In this document: positions 36,874 through 50,516 of the stretch, one piece after another
How positions within the stretch are numbered: the stretch's first letter is position 1
How the letters are laid out: every line of letters starts with the position of its first letter
NCBI GenBank assembly: GCA_030704615.1
Contig: CM060732.1
Coordinates: 58,156,001 to 58,220,000 of the forward strand
Reading direction: 5' to 3'
Source: Takakia lepidozioides
Lineage: Eukaryota > Plantae > Bryophyta
Length of the DNA stretch: 64,000 nt
Notes under the pieces: generated by a model
The model's database searches: none
Told to the model about the DNA's origin: nothing
The model's input: only the letters and a program-made list of their open reading frames with translations
Translations under genes and position numbers: made by a program

Positions 36874-38477
36874 CTACCCCTTCAACTTATTGACATTGAC
36901 TCTTCCCAACATTTCTTTGTTAATGGTTTGTAACATGGCGGTGTTATTATCATACATCTTCTGTATGACATAAGGTCCTTTCCATGGCGATTTAAGCTTA
37001 GAAGCTTTAATCTTCCCCTTCTTCTGCAACCACAATACCAAATCTCCCGACTTAAAAGTCTTTAATTTACCTTCATCAAACTGATCCTTCCTCTTCATCT
37101 GAATTCTGGTCATGTTATCAGCTGCATCAGCACGTACTTCTTCCACATGGTATAATTCATGTTTCCTGACCTTAATTGAATCTTCCAATTCCATTCTCCT
37201 TCCCCATTCAGTTCTCATGGTAGGTAACAAGAATTCCACTGGAAGTAAAGCTTCCATACCATAAACTAATTGGAATGGTGTATACTTAGTGGTGACTTTA
37301 TATGAAGTCCTATAAGACCACAAAGCTGTCAGCAGCTTTGTATCCCAATCTGTTCTGTTTGCATTGACTATCTTAGCCAAGATAGTACATAGTATTTTGT
37401 TGGTAGCCTCTGCCTGCCCATTACCCTGTGGGTAATATGTTGTACTCTTCCTATGCACAATCATGAACTCTTTAGTCAATAGTTCTATGGTCTCAATAAT
37501 GAAGTGACTTCCCTGGTCACTGATAAATTCCAGGGGACAGCCAAATCGTGTAAGTATGTTCTCATACAGGAACCTTGTTGTGGACTTAGCTGTGTTGTCC
37601 CTCAGAGCTTTAGCTTCCACCCACTTTGTAGTATAATCAGTGGCTGTGATTATATACTTGTTATGTGTATTCTTGGCTGGTGGGTTAATTGGTCCAACAA
37701 AGTCTAGTCCCCATTTCTGAAATGGTTCAGTAGGCATCGGTGGATGCAAAGCCATCTTCCCAGATCTCTGCAATGGTCCTAGCCTCTGACACTCATCACA
37801 ACTCTGACAATACTTGTGTACATCCTTGAACAAAGTAGGCCACCAGTAACCTGCAAGTAGTATCTTTCTACTGGTAGTCTCTTCTCCAAAATGACCTCCA
37901 GCCACTCCTTTATGAACTTCCTCCAAAACTTTATTTACTTCATGGTGGTACAAGCATCGTTTAAGTACTCTATCAGGTCCTAGCTTATACATTATGCCCC
38001 CTACCATAGTATAAGGTAAAGCCTTGATAGTGATTCTCTTCCTCTGCTCCTTACCATAACTAGGTGGGCACTGACCATGAGTAAGGTAGTATCTGATTGG
38101 CCACTGCCAATCTAACGAGTCATCTGCACTTCCCTGCACCTCCACCGCAAATAAACTCGCATCAGGTAATTGGTCGTCTACTCCTGTGGCGGGCTCTCCT
38201 ATTGATAGGCGTGACAAGTGATCTGCCACAAGATGCAAACGGCCAGGCTTGTAAACAACTTCGAACTCAAACTCGTGCAAGATTATTAACCACCTTGCTA
38301 TCCTTCCACTTATCAAAGGTTTGTTCACCAGATATATCAGAGCCTGGTGATCTACATAAAACATAAACTTTCTTCCCAATAGGTAATGCCTGAATTTCTT
38401 GACTGCATAAATCATTGCCAGTGCTTCTCTTTCGGTTGTGCTATAGTTCCTTTCAGCACTGTTCATCAACCTCCTAG
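36874..38477 (-). CDS. RNase H C-terminus and integrase of the Athila-like element
   Basis: HHCC (H...GGHFG...CDECQR), DFVGP...ISDQG...QAE, and GPY motifs in one open frame. Confidence 0.9.
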
Positions 38478-41400
38478 TGTCGCGGCCCTTTGCCTTGAGG
38501 GCAGGGGGTCGGGACAAATGAGGGGCTGCCCCTGTGGTGGGGGCAGCGGCAGCGATAGGTATGGGGGGCTGAAGCACCCTTGAGTGCCCAAGGCACTCAA
38601 GGAGGCGGAGGCGCTCACTAGGTGGAGCCCCGCACACCGGGTTGCGGTGGGGGTGGCTCCACAAGGGGTGGTGGTAGCTTCGCGGGACTTAGTGGGGGTG
38701 GCATAGGACTCACCATGGGGGCGGAGACCTCGTGGTGGGAGTCTTGGGACTCATCATGGTCCATAGGGGTCGTGGTGAGTGGGCCAAGACTCACCGCGAC
38801 TCATCACCAGGAGTCGAGGGTTTTCGTGGTGGTTCTCCATAAAATGGCATGGCTGGTTGTGAAACACCCGCGGACAGCTACAGAAGTATATATAGGGAGT
38901 AGTAACCCCGAGAACGGTGCAAGCCTGTTGGTGACCAAAAACTAGTGAGTAAGCGAGCGAGCCGGAAAATGACCAAAGAGTGGGGAGCTGTTCCGGACTG
39001 CCAACTACCAAAGGGAATTCCCGCTGGTTCCAAATCGGTGGAGGGTTCTTTGGGAGTTCAAAGGGGGACCGTTATGTGCCGGTGAGCAGTCGAAGCTCCA
39101 AGTTGGTCCGGCGGCCAGGTTGGGAGTTAGGCGCGCGCATCAAGCTACCAACTAAGACTTGAAGGGGAGCTTACCAAAGTGAGGTGCACGACACTTGGTA
39201 TCAGAGCTTAGAGTTCAGTACGTGATCGTCCTTGGGATTGGCCTCATCATGGGGTCAGGCAAGCCAAAGCGAAAGCGGAACGGCCCAAAAGATGATGATC
39301 CTGGTGAGCCCGATGGGGGCGACGTGTCACCGAGGCGGCCATTTGAGGAAACGATGCATGTCTCCAAAAACAAGGCCACTCAAGAGCGGGAGGAATCTGA
39401 GGAGTCGGAGCCCGAGGAATCCCTGAGAGCTCCGACCGACCAACAGATGCCTCCCATGCCGGCAGCCTTTTGGGAAGGGTTGTTGGCGCAATTTGGCGGG
39501 ACGTTGAAAGACGTGTTGAAGGCGGCTAATGCCACTCCCACTAAGGCAAAATTTAAGGTGAAGCCTAAGGAACCCGGCACCTTCGAGGGCGTCCAAAATC
39601 GGAAGGCACTCAACACCTGGCTCCTAGAGCTAGAGCTAGAGCAGTACTTCCGGGCGGCCAAGTTGAGTGACGAGGACCGGGTGGAAGTGGCTCCCACCTA
39701 TTTGAGGGGCTATGCTCAACAATGGTGGCAGAAACGCCTTCACGACCGAGGTCCAAGCCCGGAAACCTTGAATTGGAGTGGGTTCAAGGAATTGATGAAA
39801 AGGCAGTTTGTGCCCCTCAACGCGTCCTGGCTTGCCCGGGACAAGATGAGGAATTTGAAGCAAACAGATGACATTCGGGGATATGTCCAGGCTTTCAATG
39901 TGTTGTTGCTCGAAGTCGCGGACATGGCAGAACCAGAAATGGTCTTCAACTTTGTGGCGGGACTGGCCCCATGGGCTAGGCGGAAGTTGGAGGAGAAGCC
40001 ACCTAAGACTTTGAACGAGGCAATTGAGAGGGCTAAATGTTTCTCGGATGTCCCTAGGGGTGAAAGACAAGGCCGTACGGAGCTGAACCACAAGAAGACC
40101 CGGTGGGAAGGTGACGCCTTCCGACCGGAAAAGAAGTGGGATAGGCCGCGGCGACAATGGCACGTGGAAATCGAAGGGAGGGCCTTCACAAGTCAAGGCG
40201 GCACCCGGTGCTTCAAAAGGAAAAGCGGGTGGAGCGGCCTATGGCGGACAGAAGGCGACCTTTGATGGAGTGTGTTTCAATTGCGGGGAGCCCGGGCACA
40301 TGGCCAAGAAGTGCACGAAGCCCCGGCAATTGAACATGACTCGGGCGACCACAGAGCTGTCGGAAGATACCATCAGTCGCTTGGTGGAAGCGGTGGTCGC
40401 CATGACTTGTAAGATAGGCAAATTTTCTTGTGAATTGTATCAGGAAACTGGCGCCTTACATAAAGGGAGTCAATTATTGTTCGTGGATGGGATAATATCC
40501 GGAACTAACGTGTCATTGTTGGTGGACACAGGAGCGTCGCACTCCTTCATGACACTGGCAAAGACACAAAAGCTGGGACTCCCGACAAGTGACGTGGGGG
40601 CCTCTATTGAAGTGCGTTCTGCCAAACGAGAACCGCAATTGGCGACGAGGTTGGCGTTCGATGTCCCTCTTCAACTGGGGAAATGGGAAGGACGTGAGAA
40701 CTTCACCATTTGCGAGATCGATGGAGTGGATCTCATTTTGGGGATGACCTTTTTGAGCAAATCCGGAGCGGTCATAGATGGCCGCAAAAGAGTAGTCATG
40801 CTACCATGTGGGGATGGTGGCAAAGTCTTACGAGTATTGGAAACGCCCAAACCCGTGGGAGGGCGAATAAACCTTCTGTCAGCAAGGGAGTGGGCTATGG
40901 AGGAGGCATACGAGCCCCAGTTTTTGCTTTACATTAGAGAAGTGAAGGGAGAAGGCGATAGGGAGCCGAGCCCAGATTGGATCAAGGGGATTTTGGAGAG
41001 ATACCAGGATGTGATGCCGGAGGATTTACCAAGCGGTTTGCCACCACGAAGAGGAGTTGACCACAAGATTGAGGTGATACCGGGATCGGAACCGCCTGCC
41101 AAGGCGCCCTACCGGTTGAGCCACAGAGAGTTGGTCGAGCTGAAGACTCAGCTCAAAGATCTAATGTCAAAGGGGTATATCCGGCCAAGTAAGTCACCTT
41201 ACGGAGCCCTGGTGCTATTCGCAGACAAGAAGGATGGGACGTTGCGGATGTGTGTCGATTACAGGACTTTGAATAAGGTGACTATCAAAAACCGGTATCC
41301 TTTGCCAAGGATCGACGACCTTTTCAATCGGTTGGCAGGAGCGAAGTATTTCAGCCGGATCGATCTGCACTCCGGCTATCATCAAATTCGAGTGGCGGAA

Positions 41401-44400
41401 GGAGTAGAGGAGAAGACCGCGTGCAGGACAAGGTATGGTTCATATGAGTTCTTGGTGATGCATTTTGGGCTCACCAATGCACCCGCGACCTTTAGCACGC
41501 TGATGAACAGCCTTTTCCAGGAGTGGTTGGATGACTTTGTGATCGTGTACATCGACGACATCTTGGTGTATTCGAAAACAAAGGAGGAGCACCTGGAGCA
41601 CCTCAAAAGGGTGTTCCAGAAATTGCGGGAAGGGAAGTTGTATTCCAAAGCTTCAAAGTGCGAATTCGGGGTCACAAAAGTGGAGTTCCTGGGGCATGTG
41701 ATTACACAGGATGGGATCAAAATGGATGACAAAAAGGTGAGGGCGATCTTGGACTGGGAGCCTCCGACTTCGGTCCCGAGAGTGCGATCCTTCCTAGGAC
41801 TCGCCTCCTACTACCGGAAGTATGTGAGAAATTTCGCCAAGATCGCGGGGCCGTTGTCAGACCTTCTGTGTAAATCCAAAGTCTGGGCATGGTACACATT
41901 TTGCGGCCAAGCTTTTGCTGAATTGAAGCAGCGGATGGCGGAAGCTCCAGTCTTGAAAATCCCGGAGTTCGATCGGCCGTTCGAGATTCATACAGATGCG
42001 TCGGACTTTGCGATTGGGGGTGTACTGATGCAAGATGGACGTCCAATGGCTTACAAAAGTAAGAAACTGAACGAAGTGGAGCGACGGTGGCCGACGCACG
42101 AGAAAGAGATGAAGGCGGTGGTGCACTGTCTTGAGCTTTGGCGCCACTATGTTGGTTCCAACCCAGTGAAGGTGTTCACGGACAATGTTACGGTGAAGTA
42201 TTTTGCCACGCAACCCAAGTTGTCCCCAAAACAACTTAGGTGACAAGATACTTTGGCGGTGTTTGACGTGGATATCCAATAAAAACCGGGACGTGACAAT
42301 GTGGTGGCCGATGCTTTAAGTAGAAAGCAGCAGCTCCAATTGGTGTACAGGGGCGAGACGGCGCTCCAAAGGAAGATCCGGAAGGCTTGCCAGAACGATG
42401 AGCTGGCGAAGTCCGTGATGCAGGACTTGAGGAGGGGGGTTAAATCGCAATTCCACTTGCAAAATGGACTGCTCCGGTATAAGCAAAAGCGTCTCTACGT
42501 GCCGAAGGGAGGGATCAGAGATAGCCTCTTGCGAGAATGCCATGATAGCCCGCTTGCGGGCCACGGCGGAGCCAAGCGCACTGCGGCACTCTTGAAGAAA
42601 GAGTATTTCTGGCCCAAACTGAGGGAGGAGGCAGAGGAGTATGTCAAGACATGCACCACATGCCAACAAAACCGGAGCGAGTTCAAAAAGCAAGCGGGGC
42701 TGTCACAACCCTTGCCGATTCCAGAGGGGACTTGGGAAAGCGTCTCGATGGATTTCATGACTGCTATGCCGCCGTCAAAAGGATTCGATGCAATCATGGT
42801 GGTGGTGGATAGGTTCAATAAAATGGGCCATTTCATCCCCACCAAGGAGACGGCAACAGCACAAGAGACAGGGCGACTTTACTTCGCCCACGTCTTAAAA
42901 CATCATGGAGTCCCGAAGGATATTGTCTCGGACCGCGATCCAAAGTTTACGAGTAAATTTTGGAGGACACTTTGGAAGAAGATGGGGACGAGGCTGAAGA
43001 TGAGCACCGCCTTCCGACCTACGACCGACGGCCAAACAGAAAGAGTGAATTCCGTAGTGAAGCAGATCTTGCAGAATTACGTGTCGGCAGACCAATCAGA
43101 CTGGGTGGAACACTTGGACGCGGTAGAGTTCTGTTATAATAACACAGAACACTCCGCAACGGGAGTTTCCCCTTTCGTATTGGTCTATGGAAAAGCACCT
43201 CTGGTGCCGACAAGTTGGGCCGCCCAGGACGTTGAGGAACCGGCAGTAGCGGCGGTACTTGAAGAACGCGAGCGTTTTTTGAAGCTCGCAAAGTACAACA
43301 TTGCCAAAGCGAGGAAACGGTATGAAAGGCAGGCGAATCGGAAGCGGAGGGAAGTGAAGTTTGAGGCAGGCACGGAGGTCTGGTTGACCATGAAGAATTT
43401 CCGACTACCTCCGGAAGTGAGTCCAAAATTCGTTCCTCCGTATGCGGGTGTCGCGCACCTCACTTCGGTAAGCTCCCCTTCAAGTCATAGTTGCTAGCTT
43501 GATGCGCGCGCCTAACTCCCAACCTGGCCGCCAGACCAACTTGGAGCTTCGGCTGCTCACCGGGGCATAACGGTCCCCCTTTGAACTCCCATAGAACCCT
43601 CCACCGATTTGGAACCAGCGGGAATTCCCTTTGGTAGTTGGCAATCCGGAACAGCTCCCCACTTTTTGGTCGCTTTCCGGCTCGCTCGCTTACTCACTAG
43701 TTTTTGGTCACCAACGGGCTTGCACCGTTCTCGGGGTTACTACTCCCTATATATACTTCTGTAGCTGTCCGCGGGGGTTTCACAACCAGCCATGCCATTT
43801 TATGGCGAACCACCACGAAAACCCTCGACTCCCGGTGATGAGTCGCGGTGAGTCTTGGCCCACTCACCACGGCCCCTATGGACCGTGATGAGTCCCAAGA
43901 CTCCCCACGACTCCCACCACGAGGTCTCCGCCCCCATGGTGAGTCCTATGCCACCCCCACTAAGTCCCGCGAAGCTACCACCACCCCTTGTGGAGCCACC
44001 CCCACCGCAACCCGGTATGCGGGGCTCCACCTAGTGAGCACCTCCGCCTCTTTGAGTGCCTTGGGCACTCAAGGGTGCTTCAGGCCCCCCTAACTATCGC
44101 CGCCGCTGCCCCCACCACAGGGGCAGCCCCTCATGTGTCCCGACCCCTTGCCCTCAAGGCAAAGGGCTGCGACAACGGAACCCTTTCGCATCCGGAAGGT
44201 TATGAATGAGGATGTGTATGAATTGGAGCTGCCGGCAAACAGCAAGGTGCATCCAGTATTCCATGTCTCCTTTTTAAAGCCTTACTTCAAAGATGAAGCG
44301 CGTCCGAATCGGCATCAAGTGTTGCGTCCACCACCTGTGCTGTTGGATCATGAAATGAACCTGAGTACGAGGTGGAGGCAGTACTTAAGTCGAGGAGGTT

Positions 44401-46173
44401 CAAGAACCGAGAAACGGAGTATCTCGTCAAATGGAAGGGCTATCATCATGTGGAGGCATCTTGGGTGCGTGCCTCAGAAATGGGAAACGCATCCGAGGCG
44501 GTTGCAGTTTTTGAAGGGCGACCTCAAAAGCGGAAGAAGCGTTGATGGGGACATCAACCTTGGAGCGTGGGGAAGGAAATGCATGCTTAGCCCGGCTTAG
44601 CTAGCTCAGGAATCCGATTGCAAAAACTTGTATTGTACAAAATTTTGTTATAAAGGAAATGGGTTCCAAATGTTGTGTGTCCTATTTTGTTTGGAATGGT
44701 GATACATGGTGTGGTTGGCTAGTGTGTAGAATGCATGCTAGCTTACAAAAATGGGAGAGGTAAATTGGGTTAATCGTGTGTTTGCGAAGTGCCGAAATCG
44801 GGTGACTCCCATCCAAGGGGCAAGGAAACATGCGCTTTCTTTGGGAGTTCACGTGCTAGTGCGCACCTCGCGCGTGCGCGTACTATAACTGCGCTACCGA
44901 GGTGGTTGCGTTGTAGTGCGGGCTAACGCGGAAGCTATGTGCTTCCGTTCACGTACTATAATCGTGTAGCCTCGGGACGAAGTCGTAGTGCGGCTTCGAC
45001 GTGTTCCCGTACCTCAGGCCAGCATTCCAAGACAGACCCACTTGTAGTGATTGGGGCGCACGGTTGGTTCAAGGTTATCTTCCTAGTCAAAGGGGGTTCG
45101 AGGGGAACCCTTGCGCAAAGTGATGCCAAAAGTGGCATCAGGAGCGATCGCAAGCAATGTTGTTGCAGTAAGGCGATTCGATCCTCGGGGAGGATCATTC
45201 CTTGACCTTGAAGAAGGCCAAGAAGAGTGCACTGGGAGGAGCTTGAGAGGCTCCACCCCTGGCCGGGACTTGGAGGAAGTCGGCCGAACTAGCTAGTGGA
45301 GAGTAGAGTCAAGTGTGGGGTTTGGTTCTTTGCCATGGGACGCCATGGTACGGAAACAAACTCCTTGATGTGGGATGCCACAACTTGGATGTTCGTTTCT
45401 ACAAAATGGACAAGTCGATGAGGACATCGACTCCCTGTTGGTAGGGGTGTGTGTGCCCTTTGCCTTGAGGGCAGGGGGTCGGGACACATGAGGGGCTACC
45501 CCTGTGGTGGGGGCAGCGGCAGCGATAGGTATGGGGGGCTGAAGCACCCTTGAGTGCCCAAGGCACTCAAGGAGGCGGAGGCGCTCACTAGGTGGAGCCC
45601 CGCACACCGGGTTGCGGTGGGGGTGGCTCCACAAGGGGTGGTGGTAGCTTCGCGGGACTTAGTGGGGGTGGCATAGGACTCACCATGGGGGCGGAGACCT
45701 CGTGGTGGGAGTCGTGGGGAGTCTTGGGACACATCACGGTCCATAGGGGCCGTGGTGAGTGGGCCAAGACTCACCGCGACTCATCACCGGGAGTCGAGGG
45801 TTTTCGTGGTGGTTCGCCATAAAATGGCATGGCTGGTTGTGAAACCCCCGCGGACAGCTACAGAAGTATATATAAGGAGTAGTAACCCCGAGAACGGTGC
45901 AAGCCCGTTGGTGACCAAAAACTAGTGAGTAAGCGAGCGAGCCGGAAAGCGACCAAAGAGTGGGGAGCTGTTCCGGACTGCCAACTACCAAAGGGAATTC
46001 CCGCTGGTTCCAAATCGGTGGAGGGTTCTTTGGGAGTTCAAAGGGGGACCGTTATGCCCCGGTGAGCAGCCGAAGCTCCAAGTTGGTCCGGCGGCCAGGT
46101 TGGGAGTTAGGCGCGCGCATCAAGCTACCAACTAAGACTTGAAGGGGAGCTTACCAAAGTGAGGTGCGCGACA
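38478..46173 (+). mobile_element. Full-length chromovirus copy 3, nested in the RNase H of the Athila-like element
   Basis: LTRs at 38478-39193 and 45452-46173. TSD CCTAG/CCTAG. PBS TGGTATCAGAGC at 39196. gag 39248-40265 and pol 40111-44545 carry stops. Confidence 0.95.
43449..44174 (-). mobile_element. Solo LTR of the same chromovirus family inside the integrase of copy 3
   Basis: TGTCGCGC...GCGACA termini. Degenerate TSD GCGGG/ACGGA. The host frame resumes (YAG|PFRIRKV). Confidence 0.9.
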
Positions 46174-46199
46174 CCTAGCAAGGTGCGCGACACCTAGCA

Positions 46200-49019
46200 T
46201 AGTACACAAGTGAATCTATATTTCCTGTAACATTTTGGGCTGACACTGCTCCCAACACTTCTCCTGAGGCATCACAGTGAACATGAAATACTACATGCCA
46301 GTGAGGGTTAATCAGCACCAGTGTAGTTGTTACTGACAATGTAAGTTCCTCAAAAGCCTGTTGACATTCAGCTGTCCATGCAAACACTGCATCTTTCTTG
46401 CTCAATGGTGCTGCTATCTGTGCATATCGTCTGACAAATCTTATGTAATAACTAGTTTGTCCAAGGAATCTTCTTAAACTCTTAACATTTACTGGTGGTG
46501 GAGAGGCTTTAATGGCCTCTATCTTTCTGGGATCCACAATAAGTCCCCTCTTACACACAATGTGTCCCAAAAACACCCCTAAATTCACACAGAAAGTACA
46601 CTTCTCTGGATTCAAGCCCAGACCTCTCATCCTGCATCTTGCCAAACATAACTCCAATTTATGCAAGTGCTCATTCTTAGAGCTGTACACACTGAAATCA
46701 TCCAAGAACACCTGCATGAAATCATCCAGATACTCATGAAAAGATTCGTTTATCACTCTCTGAAAGGTTGTTGGTGCATTACAAAGTCCAAAAGGCATGA
46801 CTTTGTATGCATAAGCACCCCAGTCTGTGATGAAAGTTGTCTTTCCCTGGTCTTCTTCTGCCACTTGCACTTGATTATAACCACTGAAGCCATCCATGAA
46901 TGAGTACATCTCATGGCCTGCCACAGTGTCCAATACCGCTTCTGTGAATGGCAAAGGGAAAGAATCTTTCTTCGTACAAGCATTCAACTTCTTATAGTTC
47001 ATACAAACTCTCAGTTTACCATTCTTCTTGGGAACTATCACAATGGGTGACAACCAAGTTGTATACTCTATCGGGTATATAAACTTAGCCTCAGCCAACT
47101 TCTTGATCTCTTCTCCAACCTTCTATGCATAGTTGGGATTCATTCTGTACCTTGCCTGTTTGATTGGTACTGACCCTGGTTCCAGTTCAATCTTATGCTG
47201 ACAGATCTCAGGTGGTATCCCTTTCAGATCCTCGTAGCTCCAAGCAAATACATCTTTGTATTTGATGAACAAACTTTTAGCTTCCTCAAAGAATTCTGGC
47301 TCCAAATCAGCCCCTACCTTCACCATCCTCGATTCCCCTTCAGTTCCCACATTCACTTCTCTCACCTGCTCATCAGCTGTGATTGTCCATCCAGTCACCA
47401 CTTCATCCTGTAAACTCACAGTGGCTGGTTTCTCTAGGATTTCCATTCCTCCCTCTCTTTCTTCATAGAAATGTGGTGGGTAACTGCTTGTTTCACCCTC
47501 AATTGGTGTTGCTGTCACTACACCACAACAGATACCTTTTAAACAACTTAGGCCTTCCAGTTGCATCTCTACAACCTGTTCCCTCTCTGGGTGTGCAGCG
47601 AACAGGGTAGCTTCCTGCTCCTCATCAAGTCCTCCACTCCAGTCATACTCCCTGACCCCTCGAGGTCTTCTCGTAGCAGGTAGTCTACTAGATTTCTTAG
47701 TGGTGATTTGGATCTTGTGCATCCCATCATGCACAGTTAGTAACTGGGAATTCCAGTCATGGAATACCCTGGCATGTTTCAGCCACGGTCGTCCCAACAA
47801 TAAGGAGTAAGCTTCCATGACTTCATCCATTTTCAACACAGTTACTGTGATCATAAAGATCATCTTTTGTATCTGTATCTTAACTCCTCTTATCAATCCC
47901 AATGGCTCTACACTTCTTTGATCTGCCATTGTTACTGTAAATAGGGCTGGTTTCATGTTACTTAGACCAAGCTTCTGCCTTAATTGGTCTGTCATGATAT
48001 TCACTCCAGAGCCTCCATCTATCAGTACATCAGTTAGTTCTGTGCTTCCAATTCTCGATTGGATTACTGGCATAGAATCATCAAAGTCCATGACTATTTC
48101 TCGCCCTTCCGGCTTCACATTATAACTGGTCACCTTGCTGTTCAGGTCTGTGTTCCCTGTCACATGGGCAATTCGATTGATTGCTTGATACAGCCTGTGC
48201 CAATAAGGTGCCACAACCAATAGCTGTCCAATGGTAATCTCCGCTTTGGACTGGCATATTACTTCAGCCAAAGTCCCTTCATTATACCTGCATTTCTGCA
48301 GCTTCTTTCTTCCCTTCATCCTCACTCACTTCCTCTTCTCTTTCAGAATCAGAGGAATCTGCCATAGGAATATCAGTACTCTTCTGCATATCCCTTATGG
48401 TATCTGTCACTTCCTTGTGCAGTTCATTCTCATCTCTCCAAGCCTCATCATCTTCAGGCACATCACTGCCATCTTCATTATCATCACATTCCTCATCTAC
48501 TGGAGGTATTATTTTGGTTTTGCTTCTGGTTATTATCATTGTACTTACTTCTGGTACAACACATGGCCTAACCATGTGAGCTGCCACCACTGGCCCCTCA
48601 TTCACAGGAGCTCTCATCTCATTCTGGTGTCTGATCCAGAATGGACAGACTGCCTTGCGATGTCCTGCCTGATTACAATAATAACACAGTTCTTCCCCAT
48701 TAGGTCTTCGCCCTTGGTCTGTTCTGGGATTGTTTCTGTAATCCTGATTCCCTGGCTGGTAATTCCCCCTTGGATTACCCTGATAGTTGCCTCTGGAATT
48801 TCCTTGGTAATTCCCTCTTGGAATACCTCTCCCTTCCATGCCATTGTTATAACCACCAGACCTACCATAGTGGTCCTGATCACTGTTTCTTCTTGGCTGG
48901 GGCTGCACTTGATGCACCTTTACTTGCCCAGGTTCTCTTGCTGCTGTCCTTCTGTTGTAGTAACAATTCTCAGTAGAATGGTTATCCATTTTACAGATAG
49001 TACAGTGTTTCTCCTTCAT
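46200..49019 (-). pseudogene. gag C-terminus (two zinc knuckles), protease and RT of the Athila-like element
   Basis: CTICKMDNHSTENC, CYYCNQAGHRKAVC, LIDGGSG and RT motifs, with a few stops and frameshifts. Confidence 0.9.
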
Positions 49020-49896
49020 GTGGCATTCAGTGGTGGCTCAGGGGGATCAGGCGGGCAGCCTGGATCTGGCTCTGGGGGGACAGGGAGTGTGGGAAGTAGT
49101 GCAACTGGAGCTGGGAGTACCGTGAATATAGTGGGGCCAGTAGCAGGGAGTGCTCAGGGGCCAGGACTTGGTGGAAGTACAACCACAACTACAACAGGTC
49201 CTCAAGGACCAGCACCAGCAAAGGGGCCAACACCTGTCAGTGGGCAGGGGGTAGGGCCACAGATGGCGTTGGGCAAAACCACCTTTTCCAATATATTCAG
49301 GGAAAGGGGATCATGTTGTACACATTAGCCAATTTGAGCACATGTGTATTGTGAACAATGAGAATGGCGATGATGCCAAGATGAGATTGTTTCATTGTTC
49401 ACTTATAAAGAAAGCAAGTGAATGGTATGCAAGATTCCCTGATAATCATTTCCTAACCTGGAATGGCTTGAATATAGCATTCTAAAATAGGTTCAGGACA
49501 AGTAAAACTGAGGATGAAGTGTATGGAAGTTTACAACAGTTAAAGCAAAAGAAGCATGAAACTATTGAGGAGTATATGGAAAAGATGGAATTGATAATGA
49601 AAAAGCTGGCTGCTGTACCAGCACCAGGTTTACAGAAGACTTGGTTTGTGAGTGGCCTAAGACCTGAGTTGCAAAAGAAAGTGGATATGTTACCCCATAA
49701 TACAGTGGAGGAGGCATTTGAAACAACGAACAGAATTGAGCAATTGGGAATGTTCAGTAGAGAGAAAATGGATGATGAGGACTCTGAGGATGAGTCAGAT
49801 GAGGAAGAAGAGTAAGAGCTTAAGGGGAAGAGTAAGAGGAAGGAAAAGTTGAAGAGGGATAGCTATGAGAAAAAATTAGAAGAAATCTTGAAGAAG
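49020..49896 (+). other. Inverted segment holding the gag capsid core of the minus-strand element
   Basis: The plus strand reads ASEWY...TWNGL..AF.NRF...LQQLKQKKHETIEEY...WFVSGLRP, while both flanks code on the minus strand. Confidence 0.8.
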
Positions 49897-50516
49897 TATG
49901 TCGTTGGCATGTGATCCAAGTGCTCCACTTGATCCAGGTCCAACGGGTTGGGATGTCCTGGTTGTAGTCTCAACCTCAGTTGTTGGGTCTACTTCTTCAT
50001 ACTCTTCCTCTTCCAATTTTTTCTCTCTGTTTTCATCTTCCAAGTTCTACCCTTGGGTTTCTTCTTCTTCACTCATGTAACTCAATTGCAATGGTGTTGG
50101 AGAGTCCGAACTCTTCGTTGATTCTGCCACATCCTCTCCTCCTTCTTCGTCTTTCGTTTCAGAAACTGGAGTTCCTACTTTTGGTGTTCCATGCCAACTC
50201 TTATCAAAGATTTCTGTCAAATCTTTTATCTAGGGATGTACCTCAGATCTTTCACCTCCTGGTTAATGTTCTTCCTATACCAATTCCCTTAATCTTTCTT
50301 GCAAAGAAAAAGGAGTGGCATCCAACTCTAGTTCTTCCGATATGGGTGATGTACTCTCTGATCTTAATGGTGTGAGAGGTCCAGATGATTCCCCTATGTC
50401 TATTCCTCTCTCCGAAAGATATGGATAATTAGCTTTCAGATAACTTTCTATTTTTGCTGAATATCTCTGGAGTCTAGCTTCTCTTTCATCACTCATGTCC
50501 CATGTCTTTCATTTCT

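Noticed and set aside
40100-40270. Programmed gag-pol frameshift (gag ends ...WRTEGDL* in both copy 1 and copy 3)
   Set aside because: The shifts come from different indels. Copy 1 reads [14 protein letters not shown] in one frame where copy 3 lacks 2 bp, so the ancestor had a single gag-pol ORF.
48231-49328. 365-aa plus-strand ORF
   Set aside because: Chimera of antisense gag and the start of the inverted gag segment
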